This document shows, one piece after another, positions 12,113-24,451 of a stretch of DNA of 32,861 bases. Source of the stretch: Streblomastix strix (Eukaryota); the NCBI GenBank assembly GCA_008636045.1, contig SNRW01000063.1, forward strand, positions 1-32,861, written 5' to 3'. The position numbers and the translations under genes were made by a program. Position 1 is the stretch's first letter. Each line of letters starts with the position of its first letter. Under the pieces are notes generated by a model. That model was not told the DNA's origin. It worked only from the letters and a program-made list of their open reading frames with translations, and searched no databases.

Positions 12113-14052
12113 ATGACATCAGAAGAATCCATAAGCGTCGAAACAATCTCAACTGAATCCATAAATATTAAAGATATTACATTAGAGAAATGACCTAAAC
12201 ATAAATATACTCACAAATCGAAAACATATGATAAAGCAAAAGAATTAATGGACAAATTAATAGAGTAATAAGAGTTAACGAGAATCAAACATGAATAAGA
12301 GGAATTTGATGCACAAAAGAAAGAAGCTGAAGAATAAAAATTTACAAGAAACTTACTGGAAAGACATAAGTCAAGAAAAATTAAAGGAATAAAAAAAGAA
12401 TCATAGATTGAAATGGATTAGTTTTATGAAAAACTTATATTAATTGCTGAATAAATTAATGAAGAACTAATGAATAAAAATATCATTGAACGAGTTAAGA
12501 ATACAATGATTAACACAGAAAATTATACTAAAATTGGCCAAAAAATGCGAGAAAAAATATGATACAGGTATATTAAATAATTTAACTCTTGTTGAAAATG
12601 GTGATTTATGCGCGAATGAATTCGATATTAATAAAAAACTTTCAATTGAAGGGACAGATAAAATAAGATAAAATATTATAGATAATATGCTTCTTGCTAA
12701 TGAAGGCTTAATAAATTTTACATATGGAAGATTGCATGCTTATTATAATAGATATGGATATACATTATTTCCGAATCGATGTGTTAAAAGTATCGTATTA
12801 GATAATATTGAGATTGATATATTTGGACAGATGTTTAAATATATGGAATATAGAGAAATGGAATAAAAATACTTGTAAAAAATCAAATAATTGGTCCCAA
12901 CTTATCATTCCGAGAAACAAAAAATAATAAATGAGAGACACTTAAATAAGAAGCAATTAATAGTTAGGCTAATATGATACATTTATCGAGTCTAAGAGAG
13001 ATTTTAGATAGCTGGAATGTCGATATTGAAATACCATTTAAAGACTATGTAGACAAGGTAAATATGCAAGAATTTGGATGATAAATCACAAAAGAAGGAA
13101 CTATTGATAAGAAGAATAATGAACTTGCTCAAGCATGTGTTAATAGATTGAAGAATCTTGAAATGCATAACTATCCTTAACCGGTTAATATGGAAGTATC
13201 TCTTCTAAATATATACTCATGAATTTATGGAATCACTAATGAGTAGATTAAAGCTTAAGGATTAGGTAATATACGCAAATTTTACAAGCTAGCCACAAAT
13301 GCAGAAAAGAACTATAAATATACTGTATTTAGTAGAGGATGTAAGCCTAATCCATGGATTCTAACAAAAATCTTAAGATTCCATAAATAGATTACTATGA
13401 ATAAACAATTAAACCATAATTATATTAAAACTATGAAATGAAAAAATAATAAAAAATATCTGATACAGTGTAATAAATTGAGAAGCACGAGATTAATCTA
13501 AAAGAACCTTTCACACTAATAGATGCATCTAACAATGCATTAAATGGGAAATATGAAAATAAGTAAGTATTAGTTGCATAAGATTTATTGAAAGGGATTA
13601 AAGTTGTACCTTGCTAAAATGGTTGGTGTTTCATCATAAAAAAATACGATTGTATCACAGGAAAAAATACAATAAAATATAAATCAATGACAGCGTTATA
13701 TAATTAATAACGTTCAATTGGACTTTAGTAATATGGTTAAACATGCATGTCACAGCAATTGATGCATGAGAATAATATCATTCAATATTTTAGAAGATTG
13801 GTATGAAATTCATTAGTAACAATCATGATATATTCAATATATTTTAAGGATTAAAATACATGTAATTTGATGAAGTCGATTGCACAAAAATAGAACAATT
13901 CCTAAAATTAATAAAATTCACTATTGCAGCGAAATGTTGAGTTGATTTATGAATAATTATTAAATTGGTTTTCATTTATTGTATTGAATATTGGAAAAAA
14001 AACTAAAACTTCAATTATACGTTAATGATTATAAAGTATTGGTAAGAATGTT
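12113..14052 (+). pseudogene. Decayed primase-polymerase (AEP) + D5/SF3-like helicase gene of Polinton/virus-type origin, truncated just after Walker A
   Basis: ATG at 12113. Eroded AEP motifs DLCANEFDINK (~12605-12635; DxD) and TYGRLHAY (~12720-12743; TxxGGLH). The helicase lead-in IIKFTIA..EYLLNWFSFIV..GKKT.TSII..GKN follows. Contains multiple TGA stops and frameshifts. Confidence 0.75.
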
Positions 14053-15144
14053 CGTTATTCAATTAAAATTTAAATTCTTATTAGAATTATACTATCAATT
14101 TTAATAAATTGCTCTACACTTGTTTTATATATACAGTGTGAGAAAAATATACTTCAATGGATGATTTCAATGCATAGGTTTGAAATCAATCGTATTAATA
14201 CATAAATATGTAATATACAATTTGTGTACTACAATTTTTATACTAATTTCTAATCTCACATTCATACAGTAGAAGAGTTGAGATTTAAGACTCCATTTTA
14301 TAAATATATATTTTTGAAATACAATATTTATAACTATTAAATTCTTCAGATCTACGATTTATAGCAAATATATATTTCATATGCATACAAGTATATATAC
14401 AATTAATATAAAATTAAATTAAATACAACCTTTATAAAAATTTTAAAAATTATTGATTTCATCCAATAAAATTATTCTGACAATTCTTAAAACAAAATAT
14501 ATTACTTGTAAAAAAAATTTTTAAATTTTAAAAATTTTTATTAAAATTTTTCATGATTTTTTAAAAAAAATAATTTTTATAGAGAAAATTAAAATTTAAA
14601 ATTATTTATTTTTATGAACTAATAATTAGAAAAAAAAAGAAAATTTTTAATTTACAAATTGATTAAGAATTTTTTTTTAAATGAAAGTATTTTAATTTTC
14701 TAATTTATTCTTTATCGATTTGCTATATTTAAATTATTTTTTTATAGATTTTTTTAAATAGGTACGCAACATTGAGAATGACAAAGCTGCTCTAGATAAT
14801 CCTTAAATTCATGTATTCTGAAGTTTCGGTTATAATATTTAATGACGCGAACCCAGCCTATGTAGTGGCAAATCGAAATGATTACACATTTAAATGATTA
14901 AAGTAACTTGCCAAGAAGTTTTAGAACCAAAGCATGATTTACTATAGTCACTGCACTTGTAACGGAATTATGGGCCTGACTCATATTCTTAATTTCGAAG
15001 AAACATCAGTGCAATTGAATGGAAATTGGAATGGCTTGGTAATTAATCCTATAGATTTTAATCCAAGATTTAGACTTGTAACTCAACGTATACATAACGT
15101 AACTCTTGTATTTTGCATCGCAGCAGATGGTTATTAAATATCAT
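13090..15144 (+). repeat. Copy A of a dispersed direct duplication (partner 28610-30244)
   Basis: 13090-14455 aligns by eye with 28610-29967, and 14943-15144 with 30044-30244. There are many substitutions, and about 0.4 kb of A is missing from B. Confidence 0.9.
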
Positions 15145-15790
15145 CAGTTATTTTATGGTCTTATTAAAAATTCCATCTGAATTAACAACTTTAAACATGA
15201 AAAATATAATGTTTAGGGGAATGAATTGGGATGGAATTGCATGGAAATATTTGAGAAATATGTGAAAGAAGTTCTAATTCCGGAGATTAAAGCTCGAAGA
15301 TTAGCAATAGGGAATCTGAAAACAAGAGAATTATTATTATTAGTTAACTCTCTTGAGGTAGAGGTCAACCGAAGATCTGAAGACATTGCAACTTTTAAAG
15401 ATTCATATTAATTCAGATTTGAGTTATCATCAGAGATAACAGTAGTTCTTTAACGTAAAATGGTGAATAAGGCGCTGCGAGATTCAGCTGATCGAACTTT
15501 ATTACCTTCCAATATCCGTTCCTCATTTTTAAAAGCCGGATCTCCGAATTGGTATAGAAAAGTAATCTGGTTGAAATATTTGATTCAGCCAATATCTCCA
15601 CTTGGAATGAAAGTTAATCCAAGATAGTATACAAGCTTTGATTATTTTGGAAAAATATTAACAGATATTATATATTACTTAATGTCTCGTATGCAAATAT
15701 TGATATGAAGTTGCAAAATAAGAGGAAGAAAACTGCCATATATAGTGATGTTGAAAATGGAAAAAGTGGATCAGTTAATAAGGAATCATC
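14760..15790 (+). pseudogene. pogo/DDE_1 transposase remnant with an internal deletion
   Basis: ILNFEETSVQL (first-D motif N.DET), NVTLVFCIAADG, IFEKYVKEVLIPEIKARR...ELLLLV, then a jump to the post-catalytic IATFKDSY...ALRDSADRTLLPSNIRSSFLKAG. Frameshifted. Confidence 0.75.
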
Positions 15791-15794
15791 ATCT

Positions 15795-16606
15795 GGGTGT
15801 TTCCATTCACAAACAACCTACAACTTTTTTAACTTTAAAAAATTTATAATAAATTTATAAACAAAAATTGGAGTTGCAAACATTTAGATTTTCTTCCTGT
15901 GAAAAATTAAGCAAAAAATATATTCATTTTTTTTCAACTGCAGAAAGCTAATCATATTATTAAATTTTTATTTTAAATACTTTTTTAAATTTTTCAGGTA
16001 CATTGAAGGACAAAAACTACATTTTTAGCGGCATACGTTCGTGAAAACCGAATTTTTTTAATTTTTCGTTTTTTCCGCCCATTTCATGCTTAATTACTAT
16101 TTTTTATATAAAATACTTTATTAATATATTTATTTTTTAAAAAAAGGACCAATAAAATTTTAATTACAGCTATGCATATTTGCTAAATTTCAATATAAAT
16201 TTTTTTTGTAAAATATTTGTTCGATTTTTGAGATAAATTCAATTGAATAATTATAAAATAAGTATTTTAATGTTTATTATATTAAATTACAATAATTGAT
16301 GAATTTGAAATAGTGCGTTGAATAAAAAAACGAAAAAACAAAAATTTTCTGTTTTACGAACGCATGCCGCTAAAGACGTCGTAATTGTGCATCAACGTAT
16401 CTGAAAAAATTATAAAATGTATTTTTAATAAAAATTCAATAATAATATTATCTCTATGATGACAAAAAAAATAAAATTATATTTTTTGTTCGTTTTTATA
16501 GCGGAGGCAAATCGAAAAATTTGCAACTCCAGCTATTGTTCAAAAAATTGTTTTAAATATTTTTAAATAAAAAAATAAGAAGTGATCCTACTGAATGGTT
16601 ATTCCC
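15795..16606. mobile_element. Old non-autonomous foldback element (812 bp), ~280-bp degenerate TIRs, GGG...CCC ends, 4-bp TSD ATCT
   Basis: ATCT|GGGTGTTTCCATTCA ... TGAATGGTTATTCCC|ATCT. Symmetric blocks GGAGTTGCAAA (15870) / TTTGCAACTCC (16520) and TTTAGCGGCATACGTTCGT (16024) / ACGAACGCATGCCGCTAAA (16356). Confidence 0.8.
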
Positions 16607-17879
16607 ATCTTAAGATGATTGATATTTTATTCTTTGATTAATGTAGATTCATCTTATAATACGTATTGTTATAAATTGCATAAAATAATTGAAATTTATT
16701 AGAAAAATTTTTTATTTTATAAACTACACCTATAAAAAAGGAATGCTAAAAAAAACCGTTAAAATCTAACCTTATTTAAATTAATAAATGTTAGAACAAC
16801 TAAAGTAACGGTGTAAATATTTTGTAAAAAAATTTAATAATAATATAATATCTAAATAAGTTTTTCAACATTTAAATTAATCATTAGCAAACGTGTAGAT
16901 ATCGCAAAACGTTATTCGGATGCATGTGATTATTATTATAAATATATAAAATTTATGAAAAGAATTAAAGAATAATAATTAACAGAATAATAATAATAAA
17001 TATTAACAATATTTCTAATTCAAGATTAATCCAATACAAATTAAATAAACAGTTATATATAGAATAAAATTATAATATTCAAAATAATTCATGTATAATT
17101 GCAACTGATTTTAAATATAACATTACCTTACCTTTGCGTATTGTCATACCATTTAAAGTACACTACATCAACTAACAAGTTTAAATTCTTACAGCCGTAG
17201 TTCACTATCAAGCAGATAACAAATTAAAAAAAAAGAAATTTTTCACAATTAACTCCGAGTTACTAACACATGATGATATCTTCGTAAGTGATTTTCTTCG
17301 GCACCTAATACATTAATAATTTTTTAGAGAATTTAATATATTAAATATATTGTGCAAAAATAATTTAACTTTTAGAAATCTGCAAATCTCTTTAAAACAA
17401 TAACATAGAATGAATGACAACACATTGGGAAAATATAATTAAAATGCTAAATTTTTAAAAATAAAGAGAAATTTAGAATGAAAATTTCATAAAATTTACT
17501 AAATGTTTTTATTTTTATTTTTTTTAATTAATTAGTTTAAAAATTTGCACAAATAATTGCTTAAGAATTTGTTCAACTAAAAAAAATATAAAATTTCGAT
17601 TTAAAAAAGAAATTAATTAAAAAATTAGAAATTTTATAAATTATTTTATAAAATATTATTTTACATTAAATATATATTTTAAAAATTTAAAAAATATATT
17701 TCAAAAATAATTTTATAAAAAATTATTTAAAGTTTAAATTTAAATGTGTGTTTCGATTCCAAAACATGACGTGCCTGTTTAAGTTAAAATATTATTTAAA
17801 ATATTTTTTATAAAATTTCAATTAATTTATATTTTCAAATATTCAATATCCTCAATGCTTTGTTTATTTCAAGTGATAC

Positions 17880-18260
17880 TTTGGCCCTGTGCGAACCGCA
17901 TGCCATTAAGTTTTGCAATTTTGTGCCTCTGTGCTGCAACAATAGAATGCGCGCTGTGCTCGCCCAACAGTAAATGGATACGTGGAAAGGGTCTCTGAGA
18001 GTCTCAGAGGTTTTTTATCAAAGTTGAATATTAAGCCAACATCGCAATCATTCAAGATGATCAATACTACGATCTCGTCAAACATTGGCCGCAAAATTTT
18101 TTGTGTCCATGTAAGTATTCTGTAAAAAAAAGTTTTATAGAGATCTTTCTTTGTTCAACTTTGCACCTAGAACGACTAATTGTATATTCTTGTCGATTTC
18201 GTTCGAATTTTAAATTTTTTTGTCAAAAATTGTTAGCTCTTTCAATATATAATCGATATA
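17880..18260 (-). pseudogene. Older pogo/DDE_1 transposase fragment
   Basis: LNDCDVGLIFNFDKKPLRLSE resembles the first catalytic motif (IFNFDET). The fragment is frameshifted and lies next to the younger pogo insertion. Confidence 0.5.
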
Positions 18261-18328
18261 AGTACTTCAATAAAAATTTAATAATTAAGTGAATCTCACA
18301 AAATTTTAATAGAAACAGTATAAACTTA

Positions 18329-19928
18329 CAGTCAGGCGAGGTTTTTCGTTATTCGTTAGCTTTTTTTTAAAAAATTTCAAGCGAATTTTTTATGAATATG
18401 TTGTTGAATTATATTATTTATTTCAAAAAATACAAATGAAATGAGCAGATTCATGCATAGACCATAAAGTGATCATAGTTGACAAACCCCCAAGGCGCAT
18501 ATGCACGCTTTTATGTTTCGCGCATTGGCGACTACTTCATTCGAACTCCTTCCTCATTTACTGTTTTTAATAGCAACAGCTAGACTTTCTGGGACGTATT
18601 CTGCAACCATTCTTCCAGCAACATTCTCAGTCTCTCGCAAACATCCGCCAAGTAATCCGCCCCGAATATTAACAAGAGTTGTAGCTTGTCTCAGGGATGA
18701 AATTGAGAGACCAATAAGAAATTCCTACGAGTCATGGCAATGATTTCTCCTAAGTGTCTACATATGTGACTTAAATGGGCCAAATATGCCCAAATCGCAT
18801 GCTTGAAGAAGATGCGTTGCGTGCGGTGGCGGTGTTATTTCAAGAATGTCATTTGTTGCAAGATATGAAAGATGAATTGATGTAATGTGGGCCATCAAAT
18901 TATCCATCAATAATATAGCTCTTTCATTTGGAGGCATGCCTAACCGTATTCGCGTTGCTGTTACATGTAACACAAAAATTGAACTCAAAAAATGCTCCAT
19001 CAGTTCAATATTCATTTTAGTTCCTTCAGATTCTGAAATATAGCAGTTTAAACCATCTCTATTTCCTGCTACTTTATGTGCATGAAAGTCAACTGGTTTC
19101 TTCTAAATGATGTACGGATTCAACGCTTCGCCATTTAGCACGATTGTTTCAGCGATAGAGAACTTTTTTTCAGATCTGTCTACTGGAATGTTTAGCTTTC
19201 TATTTTTATCTTTGGCTCGAACAATCAATCTGCGTTTATGCGTGTCACATTAGCCGCTGTAACCTGCTTCATCTAAACAATAACAGAGATCGGAAAAGAC
19301 GCCGTTGACGTAGACTCTGATCAGTTCTCCATACTTTTCTATATCAACTTGCTTCACTTTGAGTCGAGCTTCCTCTTTTGCTGATGCTGTACCAAATCCA
19401 ATCTCTGTATTATGTCTGCCAATGAAAAACAAATGAAACGACTTTGATGGCGGATCTTTCCTAAATTTTGCAGCTTTTTAACGAATTTCAAATGGATAGA
19501 TGCTTCCTTTTGTATCAATGATGTTAAGAACTCTTTCAAGCACAATTTTCTCTTCAGATTCGGTCAAATATCAATTTTGTTTTTCATCTTTCGCTTTATA
19601 TCTTGAATCATAGCGTATCCCAGATATTAATGAAGCTGCGCAACCAAATACACGTGCAAGATCACAAGCTCTATACTCAAAAATTAGGTTAGCCCTCTCC
19701 AATTTGACTAGGATGCGAATTGCCCTACTCATGGACTACGGCGGTTTTTCTTCCAGTTCATCAAGGATTAAGTCGCATTCCAATTCTGAATAGATGTCAT
19801 ATAATGCAATTTCGAACAAATAAGGATCGAAATTGATAATACGCTTATCTGTCGGAGACAAATCTTTTTCCATTTTATGTATAACCATAAAAAAAAGCTA
19901 ACGAATAACGAAAAACCTCGCCTGACTG
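18329..19928 (-). mobile_element. Young pogo-superfamily (Tc1/mariner-related) DNA transposon, 1,600 bp
   Basis: Perfect 41-bp TIRs CAGTCAGGCGAGGTTTTTCGTTATTCGTTAGCTTTTTTTTA at 18329-18369 and 19888-19928. TA target duplication at 18327-18328 and 19929-19930. Contains an internal transposase. Confidence 0.97.
18451..19888 (-). pseudogene. DD35D pogo/Fot1-like transposase (HTH + DDE_1) with one premature TGA and a probable C-terminal frameshift
   Basis: ATG at 19888 (or 19873). HTH RACDLARVFGCAASLISGI; triad CLDEAG / LLMDNLMAH / QACDLGIFGPFK with 35 residues between D2 and D3. In-frame TGA at 19573-19571. The frame stops at 18556-18554, while a shifted frame continues (..AYAPWGFVNYDHF..) to TGA 18453-18451. 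Confidence 0.9.
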
Positions 19929-20467
19929 TATGTTAAAATGATACAATTTTTATAATTAATTATTAAGGTTTTGTTTTTCTTTCAACTTGTGATGAAAAAT
20001 TGTTTATTCACCTTCTCTAATAGTGTCAATTCATTAAATTGGAATATTCATAGACGAAGAATATGATTTATTAGTGAGTTCATATATTTTGATCTATAAA
20101 AATAACTAATATATACAGTTCACTTAACTTATTCAAAAATAAATAGATTTTTATTAATAGATAAAAACTAGATATAGTACAAAAGATGAATAAAAATAAT
20201 TATTAAATCAGATTATTGCAAATATTACAATTTTCTATCCTCTTTATCTTTTGTACAATCATAATACTGACAATATTAAGATTACATGAATGATCCGATA
20301 AAAGATTGTACTGTGATATGAAAGAGGTAATTGCATATATAAATATAAGTATTGATTACCAATAATTAAAAAAAATTAAAAAATTATAAATTCAAAAAAT
20401 AAACTCGAAGTAATTACTTCAGTTTAAAAAGTTCTCTCAGTTATTTTTGATTACAAAAAATAACTAT

Positions 20468-23284
20468 TCATCTCTTGAGTATATTGATTATGGCCTTAGC
20501 ATTCTCAGCAATGAATAGATCAACATGTTCCGACAGTTTCTCAAAAGGTCTGATGGGGAAAAACAAAATAGCCATTTCAATTGTCTATGGGAGGCCATGA
20601 GTTAGTATATTAAGGATGAGTTGTAGTGTGTAGCGAACAATAATGTCGCTTTTCTGGGAGATGAATCTGGCTATGGAAGCTGGATAGTTGGATGAGAGGA
20701 TGTCTGTGTGATTGTCTGATTAAATATTTGAATAAAAGAGTAAGAATTTAAAATATATTAAATAAGTGAATAAAATAATTTAAACATGTAATATTTAATT
20801 CAATATATATTAAATAATGCGAACCTTAACATTCAGCTAATCCAGCCAATACACAAATTGCAATGCTGCTTATATATTAGTCATCATTATTCGTCATCTT
20901 CTTAATTGTTAGAATTACCTCATTTCTGAATTCTTTTGGAAGTGGAGAAGCTTTGAACGCCTGTCCAATTGCAAGAGAAACGATTTAATTAATTTCCTAA
21001 TCATAATATTCATCATTCTATAGCACATTAACTAGTTTATCAAGTGTACCGTTTGACTCAATTATTTTCTTGATATCGATCTATACTCCTTAACTTTATT
21101 ATTCTTAGCAAGCATTGATAATTAGCTCAATTATTCCAACAGTAATTTTCACGCACAATTCGTCACATGAGTCGAGTAGATGTCGCATTGTTGGTATTAT
21201 CCCTTTGTCTAAAAAAAGAAGTTTCTGTTAAGATGAGCAGATCTCAAAGAACTCGTGCAGTGGTGAGAGATGTATTATCTGCACTTGGCTGAGAAGAATA
21301 ACATTGACTATTGATAGAACTTCATCAATGATTTATGTTTCAATAACAACGTTCACACAATCGCGATTATCAATTAAAAGTGTATTAAGGATTGAGCACA
21401 CTCTTAGTTAAAGCATCTTTACATCTTCTGTTCTTTTGAATTTCTTAGATTAAACAAGTATATCTTTAAGTTCATTCAGATATTCATACGTAACTACTGA
21501 ATTAAATCCGAATTATTTGAATTAGTCGTACCGAATCGTCAACTAATCTAATCTGACTATGTATTAGTCAATGCAAGTGAATGGAGTCTTAATATCCCTG
21601 TGTGATTAAGATCTATGTATTGCGAAATTGTTTTCGCTACGAGAAGATAAATCGTTTGAATTAAATTCAAAGAATTATTCTTGCAAATTAGTGTGGTGAA
21701 AGACGGCTGAACGAGTTCTCAAATGACGAGATGCTAACATTTGATGAATCGCATCTTTGCTAAGTGTATTACAACGTTTATTCTTCTTATGATGATTAAT
21801 ATCATCTTTCTTCTTTTCTTTCTTTTAATCTTTTTCTTTCTCTTCAACTTAATGTTTATCCTATTCTTTTTCTTATTCTTTCTCTTTTTCTTTTTCTTTT
21901 TCTTTCCCTTTATCAATATCTTTATTTTTCTCATATTCTATCTCTTATTCATATTCTTATTCTTATTCCTTCTTTTATTCTTTCTTTTTATCCTTTTTCT
22001 TTTTGTTTTATTTAGGAGAATCACTTTCTTTTTCTTTATCTTTACCTTCAATTTATTGTTTTTCTTATTAAATAATATTTAATGAATGTAATACAGATTA
22101 TTCCTAAATAATCTAATGATATTCATTGCTCTATTATTATTACTTATTATTAAGATTTTGATTATTATTATATTTCTTTTGTTTTTCTTAACTAGTTTGA
22201 GAAACTGAATCATTTTCTTTTACATTTTCTTTTTCTTCAACTTCAACATTATTCACATTTATATCATCTTTTTCGTTTTTCTCTTTAATTCTTTCATTCA
22301 TTTAATTATCAATGCTTTCTATCATTAAATTAATTTCAGAAGTACGAGCTTTAACTTCTTCTAATTAATTATTATCCCACATCATTCTTTGATACAATTA
22401 ATTTACATATTCATCAAATGATAACCTGTGTATTTTCTCTCCGACAGCTTCACAAATCTTTTATTTGGTCTAATTTGATCCAAATGATAAGAGGAATTTG
22501 ATAAGTCGGAGATATTCGAATGTTTTGTTTTCATTTTTCAGAATAAACTTCTCGAAGCTGTTTTCAAGGATCGCATCATGGTTTTCTATGTATGAAAATA
22601 ATAATCATTAAAAATTATAATATGACATTATAAATGTTAATAATAGATATATTATAACAAATAAATAATATACATACCTTAATTTTCAGCTACAAGAGCA
22701 ATATTATCTATATCTTCATAAATCTTGAGACATTGAATTACATTACTTCTGATTTCAACTGGAAGCGGAAGAGATTTGAATATTTGTGCTAAAATCTGAG
22801 CGATTTGATAGTGAATGTTCCATTTGAACTGATTTGTGAATATCTGTATTAATATGTCTATTGTCCCATCAGATACAAATTATTAGTAATATGGATTATT
22901 AAATCCATCTTTTAAACCTATCAGGCCTGTCCTGATAATGCTAGTGATTATCTATAGAGCTTTATTTTGAATGTCCACATCTTAAGAATCTAGAATATTG
23001 ATCATCTGTTGAATAATCTTATTTTCGATGAGTAAATTGATGCATTCAATTGATGGATTTTCGATCAGAGAAATTAATTGATTGATTAAGTCTATTTTAA
23101 TTTCAGAGAAACGTAAATATGTGATGATATCGATTTATTGAGGGTTTGCGCCTATTTGTCCAATTTATTTAGTTGATTAATTATCTGCTACTGGTCTATA
23201 CGGCGCAAGAGGTTCTGGATTGATGAGAAAATTGTTAAAATTTTTTAAAGAGTGATCAGATTTTTATGGTGGGGTAGAATTCAT
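20468..23284 (-). CDS. ARM/HEAT-like helical-repeat protein with two homologous modules around a K/E/D-rich linker; 3 exons
   Basis: Exons 23284-22678, 22585-20825 and 20715-20468 with GT-AG introns. Repeated module (S/N).GT(I/L)D.LI....IA..(L/I).Q.FK..PLP.E.R..V.....AE(N/C)Q|(E/D)NH..IL. TGA at 20470-20468. Confidence 0.85.
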
Positions 23285-24451
23285 CACTATCTGCTAATTC
23301 TATTAAAAATAAATAAAAGAATGTTATATATAATTAATTTTTTGTTATTTTTATGTGTTTTGTAAATAAATATAATTTTTATGAAATTTAAGTTTGCACT
23401 TAAGTATGAATTTCTTTGATGAAAGTATACAACAAAATATAATTTTAGTAAATTTAAAAATTTGAATTAAGTGATGAAAAAATAGGTATTGTTTATCAAG
23501 AGTTTGGCAAATTAATAAGTAATTAAATTTTTTAAAATATTTTTAAAACTGGCTTGTTCTAGTTAATTTCATCCGAAAATAAGTATGAAAATTAAGTATG
23601 TAAAGCTAGGACAGCAGGTCATACTTTAAAAGACCCCGAAAACCTTTTTTGGGCCAAGCTTTGGCTCAAATATTTTTTCAATAAAAAATTAAAAAAATTT
23701 TTTTTATGTAATCACGAATATTAAATTTAATGATTTAGAAAAAATTTTTTAAAATTAAATATCATATACTAATTTTATTACCCGATATATCAATTTTATG
23801 AGAATATTTCAACTAAATAAAAAATATAATTGAATAATCTTGTCAAAAATTGGATAAAAATTGCCAATTTACAGATGAGTTTTAAAAATATATTTGGGGG
23901 TTCCGGAAATGCCTGCCCCGCCTTCAAAAGCCCTGCCCCGATTTTGTTTTTGCACTTTTTTGTTACTAAAATCAAAAAATAAATAAAAAAAATTCTTCTT
24001 AACATGGTTGTAAATTTTGTTAATAATATTTTAAAAATATTTAATTATTCACAATAATTAATATATCTATTAATTAATATCAAATAGGTTTCTAGATCAA
24101 AATATAATTTAGTTAGGGGCAAGTGAGGCAAGCTCTTTTTAAGACGATAAACCATACATAATATATCATAATTATGTAAAAATATGCTCACTACTATTTT
24201 AAATCATTTCTATATACCAGTTTCTTTAATGATAAACCATAGCTCTCACAAAAATAAAAAAGGGCAGCTGCCCCCAATTAAAAAAATTCTACCGCCTATT
24301 AAATTTTCTACCCGCAATTAAATACTGATGCCCGCAATTAATAGCTTGTCCCACTTGTTTCACAATATCTCATTGTTCTATATTTTGTTTTCTTTATTTT
24401 ATTTAATTAATATGAACTTTTGTAAATATATTTGAATATAATTGTTAATAT

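Noticed and set aside
16620..17870. AT-rich tract with short apparent palindromes
   Set aside because: Expected by chance at this AT content. No termini, TSD or coding signal could be supported.
21734..22082. Poly-Lys and poly-Phe ORFs in the supplied track
   Set aside because: Alternative-frame and antisense readings of the K/E/D-rich linker of the ARM-like gene.
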